Shown piece after piece: positions 31,434 through 37,476 of a stretch of DNA of 37,476 nt (positions are counted from its first letter, which is position 1; every line of letters begins with the position of its first letter). The notes beneath the pieces were generated by a model. The model was not told the origin of the DNA. It made no database searches and was given only the letters and a program-made list of their open reading frames with translations. Source of the stretch: Candidatus Eiseniibacteriota bacterium (GTDB taxonomy: Bacteria > Orphanbacterota > Orphanbacteria > Orphanbacterales > Orphanbacteraceae); NCBI GenBank assembly GCA_043809585.1, contig JBDROZ010000117.1, forward strand, positions 1 through 37,476, written 5' to 3'. A program made the translations under genes and the position numbers.

Positions 31434-32360
31434 TCAAAGATCGAGGCTGGGATAGACCTTCCCGAACCGGAAACGGTAGTAGAGGCGGGTGACGAGGACC
31501 ACGAAGGCGAGAAGGAGGCCGAAGAGAGGCTCCCGGATGACGAGGAGAATCACGAAGAGCAGGCTCCCCCACTGATAGCCGAGGGTGCTTCCTTTCTTCC
31601 CGGGCGCCACCACGCCCCAGAGGAAGAAGGGGGCCGAGCCGATGGCGGCGTAGGCGGCATAAGGTTCGCCGAGCACGATCGCCGACGCCGCCGCGGCGGC
31701 GAGGAGGAGGAACGCGGAGATCGAAGTCGCGCGGTCGCCGAGAACGATGGCCGAGGTCGAAAGCCCCGCCTCCCGATCCCCGTCCTTGTCGACCAGGGCG
31801 GTGTGAAGGAAGACGGCGCCGACGAGGAACGCATAGGGAAGGGCGTGGACCGGGGCGACTCCCCCTTCTCCCTCCGCCGGCGCCCCGATCAAGGACCCGA
31901 AAAGGAAGGTGATTCCCCCGTAGCCGATCCCGTTCGCGAGGAGATCGACCACCGGTCTTCCCTTCAGCCTGACCGGCGGCGCCGAATAGAGGTAGCCGAG
32001 GAGCGCGGCCGCTCCGAGCCAGGGGAGCCAGACGCTCCGGTAGATCGCCGTCGCCGCCAATCCGGCGCCGATGAGAGCGACCGCGAGGATCCAGGCCCCC
32101 CGAACCGGCACGTGTCCCTCCGCCAGGAGGTAGAGCTTCTCGTTCTTCCGGTCCGTCTCCCGGTCGAAGATCTGGTTGATCACGTAGACGCCGGCGAGGA
32201 CGACGGTCAGCAGGAGAAAGGCCGGGACGAGAGGCCCCACGGGCGGTGACGATTCGCCGTGGCGCTCGTGGGCCCGGAGATAGCCCGCGAGAAGAAACGC
32301 CCAGGAGGGGATCAGGACGATCGGGCGGGTCAGGAAGAACCAGTCCAGGCGCTTCAACAT
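31434..32360 (-). CDS. UbiA family prenyltransferase
   Basis: LTRP, NQIFDRETDRKN, YSAPPVRLKGRP, DKDGDREAG motifs; many TMs. Confidence 0.9.
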   Translation of the reverse strand: MLKRLDWFFLTRPIVLIPSWAFLLAGYLRAHERHGESSPPVGPLVPAFLLLTVVLAGVYVINQIFDRETDRKNEKLYLLAEGHVPVRGAWILAVALIGAGLAATAIYRSVWLPWLGAAALLGYLYSAPPVRLKGRPVVDLLANGIGYGGITFLFGSLIGAPAEGEGGVAPVHALPYAFLVGAVFLHTALVDKDGDREAGLSTSAIVLGDRATSISAFLLLAAAAASAIVLGEPYAAYAAIGSAPFFLWGVVAPGKKGSTLGYQWGSLLFVILLVIREPLFGLLLAFVVLVTRLYYRFRFGKVYPSLDL

Positions 32361-33136
32361 GCCGTCTCCCCCCTCCGGATTCGCTGTCTGACCCGGGGAG
32401 TCCCGAGAGAGCAGAACTGGGCGATCCGGTCCTTCGCGACCTGCCAGGGATAGAGGAAACCCCCCTCCACCTTGGCGAGAAACTCCGCGTCGCCGTCGAA
32501 CCGGCGGACGCCCATCCTGCCGATCCGGAAGGCGTCCCGGGTTCCGGGGCGGGAGACCGAGAGGCACCCCCTCGTGAAGCCCGCCCCGCGGACCGCTTCG
32601 ATCACACGGCGGTCGACGCTTCCGAATGGATAGGCGATCGACTCCGGAAGCGAACCGACCGCCCCGGCGACGGCCCGGCGGCACTCCCGGAGCTCCTCCG
32701 CGAGGGCCTCGTCCGGAAGCCGCGTCAGGTCCCGGTGGGTGTGGCCGTGGGCGCCGATCTCCCATCCCTCGTCCGCGGCCCGCCGGAGGGCGGAGGCCGA
32801 GGCGTGACGGGCCCGCCTCCCCGCGAGCCGGGTGTCCCAGCGGTTCTCCCGGCCGATCCAGGCGGTGGGCACGAAGAGGGTCGCCCGGAACCCCAAGCGG
32901 CGGAGCACCGGGAGGGCGTTCTCGACCACCCCCGCGAGGGCGTCGTCGAAGGTGAGCGCCAATCGGCGGTCCCTCCCCTCCTCCGCCCTCTCCCGGAGGG
33001 ACACGACACCCCAGCCCCGGGCGGCGAGGAGCTCCATCTGCCGGGCGAACCGTTCCGGCGGCACGCGGTTCCACGAAAGATCCGCGCGCCCGTCGATCTG
33101 ATGATAGGCGAGGACCTGAGTCTCCTGCCGCTCCAT
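32354..33136 (-). CDS. Polysaccharide deacetylase (CE4/NodB-like)
   Basis: VLAYH, LTFDDA, ATLFV, GAHGHTH, IAYPFG. Confidence 0.9.
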   Translation of the reverse strand: MERQETQVLAYHQIDGRADLSWNRVPPERFARQMELLAARGWGVVSLRERAEEGRDRRLALTFDDALAGVVENALPVLRRLGFRATLFVPTAWIGRENRWDTRLAGRRARHASASALRRAADEGWEIGAHGHTHRDLTRLPDEALAEELRECRRAVAGAVGSLPESIAYPFGSVDRRVIEAVRGAGFTRGCLSVSRPGTRDAFRIGRMGVRRFDGDAEFLAKVEGGFLYPWQVAKDRIAQFCSLGTPRVRQRIRRGETAC

Positions 33137-33137
33137 G

Positions 33138-33199
33138 TTGACTCCCCCCGGTCCATTGGATACCATCGACATGCTAAACGAGCCACCCCGGCTCCACAA
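33138..33199. promoter_or_regulatory. Overlapping divergent sigma70 promoters
   Basis: Plus strand: TTGACT (33138-33143)-N17-TACCAT (33161-33166). Minus strand: TTGTGG (33199-33194)-N17-TAGCAT (33176-33171). Confidence 0.6.
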
Positions 33200-33210
33200 G
33201 GAGTTGTTTC

Positions 33211-34386
33211 ATGGTTCCATTCGCGACAAGGGCGACGTCGCTGCCGAAGTACGCCTTCGCCCGGACCGACGAGATGAAGCAGGACGCGCGGGCGAAGGGG
33301 CACGATCTGATCGACCTCGCCATCGGCAATCCCGACCTCCGCCCGCCGCGGCTCGCGATCGACGCGCTCCACGCGGCGCTCGACGACCCGAAGAGCCAGA
33401 ACCACCGCTACTCCCCCTTCGCGGGGATCCCGGTCTTCCGCGGGGCCGTCGCCCGCTGGTACAAGAAGAGGTTCGACGTCGACGTGGACCCGGAGACGGA
33501 GGTCCTCCCCGTCATCGGGTCGAAGGAAGGGCTCGCGAAGCTCGCCCTGGCGATGCTGAACCCCGGCGACGTGGCGCTCGTTCCGTCGCCCGCCTATCCG
33601 GCGTACTTCCCGGCCGTCGGGATCGCGGGCGGCGTCGTGCAGGAGATGCCGCTCCTCGAGGAGAACGACTTCCTCCCCGACTTCGACGGGATCCCGAAGG
33701 ACGCGGCCCTGAGGGCCAAGTACCTCGTGATCAACTACCCGAACAACCCGACCGGGGCCGTGGAGACCGGTCTCTATGAGAAGGCCCTTGCCTTCGCCGA
33801 GAAGCACGATCTCCTCCTGGCGTCGGACATCGCCTACTCGGAGCTCCCCCTCGACGACGACGTCGTGACGCGCTCTATCTTCCAGGTCGACCGGAAGAAG
33901 GAACGGTCGATCGAGTTCCAGTCTTTCTCGAAGACCTACTCGATGGCGGGCTGGCGCGTCGGCTTCCTCGTCGGCAAACCCGACGTGGTGGCGATGGTGC
34001 GGAAACTGAAGACCACATCCGACTTCAGCGTCTTCCCGGCGATCCAGGTCGCGGCGGCGGCCGTGCTGGACGGTCCCCAGGATTGCATCGCCGACCTCCG
34101 GAGGACCTACCGGGAGCGGCGGGACGTGCTGGTCGACGGCCTCCGGGGACTCGGCTGGAACGTGCGGAGACCGAAGGCGGGCATGTACGTCTGGACCCGC
34201 ATCCCCGAGGGGTTCAAGACCTCCGAGGAGTTCGCGATCCGGGTCGGGATGGAGACGGGCGTCATCATGAGCCCGGGCGGCGGCTTCAGGCCCGCGGGCG
34301 AGGGCTTCGTCCGCATGGCCCTCGTAGAGCCGAAAGAGCGCCTCGCCGAGGGGGTCGAGCGCATCAAGAAGGCCCGGATCTTCTAG
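33211..34386 (+). CDS. Class I/II PLP aminotransferase (LL-diaminopimelate aminotransferase / MtnE-AlaC-like)
   Basis: IGSKEG, NYPNNPTG, DIAY, SFSKTYSMAGWRVGF (PLP lysine); AAGGAG RBS. Confidence 0.9.
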   Translation: MVPFATRATSLPKYAFARTDEMKQDARAKGHDLIDLAIGNPDLRPPRLAIDALHAALDDPKSQNHRYSPFAGIPVFRGAVARWYKKRFDVDVDPETEVLPVIGSKEGLAKLALAMLNPGDVALVPSPAYPAYFPAVGIAGGVVQEMPLLEENDFLPDFDGIPKDAALRAKYLVINYPNNPTGAVETGLYEKALAFAEKHDLLLASDIAYSELPLDDDVVTRSIFQVDRKKERSIEFQSFSKTYSMAGWRVGFLVGKPDVVAMVRKLKTTSDFSVFPAIQVAAAAVLDGPQDCIADLRRTYRERRDVLVDGLRGLGWNVRRPKAGMYVWTRIPEGFKTSEEFAIRVGMETGVIMSPGGGFRPAGEGFVRMALVEPKERLAEGVERIKKARIF

Positions 34387-34400
34387 GCCGCGAATCGCAC

Positions 34401-34449
34401 GAAAAGACGACGGGCACGGCGATCACACCGCGCCCGTTTTCTTCTTCTT
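34401..34449 (+). terminator. Rho-independent terminator after the aminotransferase
   Basis: ACGGGCACGG / CCGCGCCCGT stem followed by TTTCTTCTTCTT. Confidence 0.6.
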
Positions 34450-34495
34450 GCTTCCACTATCCGTGCCGGCCCGTCGGCCGAGTCCGGTCGGACCA

Positions 34496-34568
34496 AACTA
34501 GGGACAGTCACCTATTTCCGCGCTATTTCCTCCGGACGAAACGGGTGACTGTCCCTAGTTCCCTAGTT
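34496..34568. repeat. REP/MITE-like palindrome
   Basis: Perfect 17-bp inverted repeat AACTAGGGACAGTCACC (34496-34512) / GGTGACTGTCCCTAGTT (34544-34560), followed by a tandem duplicate of CCCTAGTT. Confidence 0.8.
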
Positions 34569-34616
34569 CCTGTGTGCAGAGGGAGGTTTCATGAAGGACC
34601 GCGAGTCCGCATTGAG

Positions 34617-34647
34617 CGGGGGACATGAACTCGTTTCGTGTCCCCCG
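34617..34647 (+). repeat. 31-bp palindromic repeat, left copy
   Basis: CGGGGGACATGAA-CTCGT-TTCGTGTCCCCCG; exact reverse complement of 37367-37397. Confidence 0.9.
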
Positions 34648-34677
34648 CACTCCCGGAATGAGTACGTACCTCCTCCG

Positions 34678-37020
34678 CTATCGGACGATCACCAGCTTCT
34701 GCGTGTCGGTGTGATCCGCGCTCTTCAGCCGGACGAAGTACACGCCCGTCCGCGCCGAGCCGCCGCTCCAGTCGCGGAGATGGCTCCCCGCGGGAAGGAT
34801 CCCCGACTCGAGGGTGGTGACGAGGCGGCCGGTGACGTCGAAGATCTGGAGCGCCACCGGTCCCGCATGGGCGAGGGTGAAGGAGATCGCCGCCCCCCGC
34901 GGCGCCGGGTTCGGCGTCAGCGCCTCGATGCGGGTCGCGAGAGGCATCGAAGCACCGTCCTCTACATCGGTGTCCACGTCGTTCACGGTGATCGTCAGCA
35001 CCTGGTCCGCCCACGGCTGGTAGTGGCCGTCCCGGTTGCCGTCGATGAGCACGTCGAAGTCGCCCACGGCCGGCAGAGTGAAGGCGAACGCCGCGAGCGT
35101 CCCGTCCCCCTGCACCGTCCCCGAGCCGGTCTCGATGGCGAGGGAGGCCGTCTCCTGCCACTTCGGGCGGAAGGGATCGGCGGGGAGAAGCTGGAAGTCC
35201 AGGGTCCGGTCCGGCGTGGCGCCGGTGAACGCGAGCCAGAGGTCCTCGCCGGCATAGAACTCGGTCGTCGGCGTTCCGTTCGAGCGGGTGGTCAGAGCGA
35301 CGCCGGTGTGGTTCAGGGCGCAGGGGGGCGCCTCTTCGCCGTCGATGCCGTCCGGATCGATGCACCGCCCGGGCTGGTCCGTCTCGCCCGCCTGGAGCGC
35401 CTTCCGGAGCTCGGCGCAGGCGCTCGAGTCGTAGAGGTCGGCGCACGCCTGGAGCATCCGGTCGTCGGCGGTCGTGAAGCTCTGGCTCCGGTCGAAGTAG
35501 GTCCGCCACGACCGGTGGAAGACCTGCTTCACGAACTCCATCCCCTGGCCCTGGATCTCGCAGCCGTTGAACCCGCCCCCCTCCGCGGCGAGGTACATGA
35601 CGTGGGAGTAGACGGTGGAGTTCGCGTAGAAGCCCCCGGTGTTGGGATCGCCATCGCAGTTGAAATAGGGATCATAGAAGCGGTCGGCGTGACCGTACGG
35701 GCCGAGGATGTCGTGGGGGGAGCTCAGGCTTCGCCAGGGGCCTCCCGCAGCCTCGCTGCCCGCAAGCCAGTCGGTCGAGCCGTTGTCATCGTACTCGAAC
35801 GTCTCACCCATGATGTCCGAATGGGACTCGCTCAAGGCACGGGCGGTCACGCTATTTAGGTCCGCTCCGGCGCCCGGAAACGCCCAATGGGCAATGCCGT
35901 GCGCATATTCATGTGCGATGACGTCCCTGTACGCCATGTCGAGACAGAGCATGATCGAGTAGTTCGGACTCGTGAGGCCGGCCCCGCCAGGACAAAAACC
36001 GGGTGCCCCCATACCGTCCCACCCCTCGAGATAGTCGAATACGACGGTCAAGTAGTAATACCCGGGATAGTTCCGGAGGCCCCCCTGATTGTTGGCGCCG
36101 TTCAGACCGAAACTCTGACCGACCCACTGGTGGATCCTCCCGACGATCGCGTAACTCGAGTCCACATCGGTGCTGCCGTACTGAATCCACTCCGGACCGC
36201 AGAAAGGCCCTCGCGCCGGCTCCCCCTCGGAGCGGCCGTGGATGCAGCTGTCCGTCCCGACCGTATTGACCCAACAGGTGTACTCCCCCCAAAAGGTCGC
36301 ACAGTCGTAGCTTCGCCTCTCCAGCCCCTGGTATGCCGGCAGCGCCAGCAGCACTTCCCCGTTCCTCGCATCCACCACCACGTATGCCGCCGGGCCTTCG
36401 CACTCCGGCGTCCCGCACTTCGGGAACTCGACGAACATCTGCCAGACGAGGTGCACGTCCGGGTCCGGCGTGTCCGTGTCGAACCCGAGCGGACGGATCG
36501 CGAGTTCCGGCCGCTCGATCACCGCGTCCCGGTCGATGCCGAGAAGCGCACGCGCCGCGTCCTCGGCGATCGCCTCGGCGGACTCGAAGGACACGGCCGG
36601 CGTGACGCCGGCGGGCAAATCTGATGCGATCTTGCCGTACGCGAGGTAGACCTGTCCGGCCGGGTTCAGATGGACCCGGACCGCCCCATTCACCACGGGG
36701 AGTCCCATGTGTGTCTGGTGGTAGACGAGGTGCGTCTGCCCGAGATCGTCGGTCCGGTTCTGCGCGAGGAGGAGCTGCTGCCCTGGATCGCTCAGCCCGA
36801 AGTCCGCCGCGTGCTCGCGGAGGAACGCATTCGCGATCCCCCGCGCGGCCTCTTCACTCACGTTCGCCTTCGCGCACCGGTTCGCCACGCCCGTCACCCG
36901 GAGGGTGACTTCATGGCCGGCGACGGTGCGGACCACCGGATTCTGTTCCGCGGCGGCCACGGCCGCGAAGTTCACGGCAAAGAGAAACAGGAACATCGGG
37001 AAGAAACGTGTGACGTTCAT
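34678..37020 (-). CDS. Secreted M4 (thermolysin-like) metallopeptidase with T9SS type A / FlgD-Ig-like C-terminal domain
   Basis: GGGAGG RBS, signal peptide, FTP propeptide (DDLGQTH..Y.Q...GLPV), PepSY (VVVDARNGEVL), DVIAHEYAHG and ALSESHSD, tail PNP...IFDVTGRLV...GVYFVRL...KLVIVR. Confidence 0.88.
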   Translation of the reverse strand: MNVTRFFPMFLFLFAVNFAAVAAAEQNPVVRTVAGHEVTLRVTGVANRCAKANVSEEAARGIANAFLREHAADFGLSDPGQQLLLAQNRTDDLGQTHLVYHQTHMGLPVVNGAVRVHLNPAGQVYLAYGKIASDLPAGVTPAVSFESAEAIAEDAARALLGIDRDAVIERPELAIRPLGFDTDTPDPDVHLVWQMFVEFPKCGTPECEGPAAYVVVDARNGEVLLALPAYQGLERRSYDCATFWGEYTCWVNTVGTDSCIHGRSEGEPARGPFCGPEWIQYGSTDVDSSYAIVGRIHQWVGQSFGLNGANNQGGLRNYPGYYYLTVVFDYLEGWDGMGAPGFCPGGAGLTSPNYSIMLCLDMAYRDVIAHEYAHGIAHWAFPGAGADLNSVTARALSESHSDIMGETFEYDDNGSTDWLAGSEAAGGPWRSLSSPHDILGPYGHADRFYDPYFNCDGDPNTGGFYANSTVYSHVMYLAAEGGGFNGCEIQGQGMEFVKQVFHRSWRTYFDRSQSFTTADDRMLQACADLYDSSACAELRKALQAGETDQPGRCIDPDGIDGEEAPPCALNHTGVALTTRSNGTPTTEFYAGEDLWLAFTGATPDRTLDFQLLPADPFRPKWQETASLAIETGSGTVQGDGTLAAFAFTLPAVGDFDVLIDGNRDGHYQPWADQVLTITVNDVDTDVEDGASMPLATRIEALTPNPAPRGAAISFTLAHAGPVALQIFDVTGRLVTTLESGILPAGSHLRDWSGGSARTGVYFVRLKSADHTDTQKLVIVR

Positions 37021-37123
37021 GCGAACCTCCCGGACCGGGCCGGGTCCGCCGATGCGGCCGGCCGGGCGCATGGTAGTTTGTCGGCGGCGGCCCGCCGGGG
37101 GGGAACTCTCAGGTTGGTTTACC

Positions 37124-37152
37124 AGTATATCACCGGGGTTGCGCAACTTCAA
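37124..37152 (-). promoter_or_regulatory. Sigma70 promoter of the M4 gene with a palindrome in the spacer
   Basis: TTGAAG-N17-TATACT with TG extension; perfect palindrome GTTGCGCAAC at 37138-37147. Confidence 0.6.
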
Positions 37153-37184
37153 GGAACTCACTGCCAATCAGATAGGGCGTTTCT

Positions 37185-37293
37185 TCGGCAGTCCTCGCTT
37201 TTCCCCGCTTCGACCCCTTCGATACACCGCCTCGCTTCGCTCGGCGGCACTCAGGGCGAACGGGGAGGGGGACACTCCCCTCGGTAGTCCTCG
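37185..37293. repeat. Hairpin-forming REP-like element between 13-bp direct repeats
   Basis: TCCCCG.TTCG.CCC ... GGGCGAACGGGGA stem with inner CCGCC/GGCGG stem; flanked by TCGGCAGTCCTCG (37185-37197) and TCGGTAGTCCTCG (37281-37293). Confidence 0.55.
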
Positions 37294-37366
37294 TTGATCA
37301 TTCGAAGCCACGGGCGGGTGGCCGGGGCCCCGTCTGCTATCTGTCCCTGGTCATGCCCTTGGAATT

Positions 37367-37397
37367 CGGGGGACACGAAACGAGTTCATGTCCCCCG
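37367..37397 (-). repeat. 31-bp palindromic repeat, right copy (inverted)
   Basis: CGGGGGACACGAAACGAGTTCATGTCCCCCG; identical to 34617-34647 in opposite orientation. Confidence 0.9.
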
Positions 37398-37476
37398 GAT
37401 TCCGAGCCAGGCGCGGACCGAGCGGTGGGGCATAGATATAGAGAGAGGCGCGGTGCGAGCACCGCGCCCGTTCGCG

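Noticed and set aside
34581..35859. GGGAGG RBS plus ATG opening a 422-aa plus-strand ORF
   Set aside because: It runs through the repeat and antisense to the M4 gene with shadow-ORF composition. Inverting the cassette in silico gives an early stop, so no fusion gene is restored.
34496..37397. Palindromic repeats as a CRISPR array or integron attC sites
   Set aside because: Only two identical copies 2.7 kb apart and inverted; no spacers, cas genes, integrase, or RYYYAAC/GTTRRRY ends.

Overview
GC-rich bacterial chromosome segment, probably from an FCB-group candidate phylum (inferred from a T9SS/FlgD-type C-terminal tail on the last gene). It is mostly housekeeping genes on the minus strand. 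In transcription order these are: asnS, a small membrane ORF, tRNA-Phe, tRNA-Thr, glmM, glmS, ridA, tRNA-Sec (selC), a DUF5683-like gene, lepB, lepA, a degenerate hemW, hrcA, grpE, dnaK, dnaJ (frameshifted), rsmE, mutS2, dnaG, rpoD, tRNA-Ile2, tRNA-Val, a C4 zinc-ribbon gene, an RNase HI gene, rnpB, recJ and rel. The right part holds a TPR-membrane/DUF4388 gene pair behind a sigma28-like promoter, a deacetylase/UbiA pair, a PLP aminotransferase, and a divergent M4 peptidase-like gene bracketed by identical 31-bp palindromic repeats. No transposase, integrase, CRISPR or defence system is visible. The main oddities are: the repeat-flanked M4 cassette; two tandem CTAG-bounded MITE-like elements at the rel stop codon; a tRNA-Sec lying in frame inside a continuous ORF; a structured ~215-nt mutS2 leader; an AT-rich synonymous patch in rpoD; a HemW lacking its cysteine motif; and two G-tract frameshifts that may be sequencing errors. 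All calls come from reading the sequence and recognising motifs; no searches were run.
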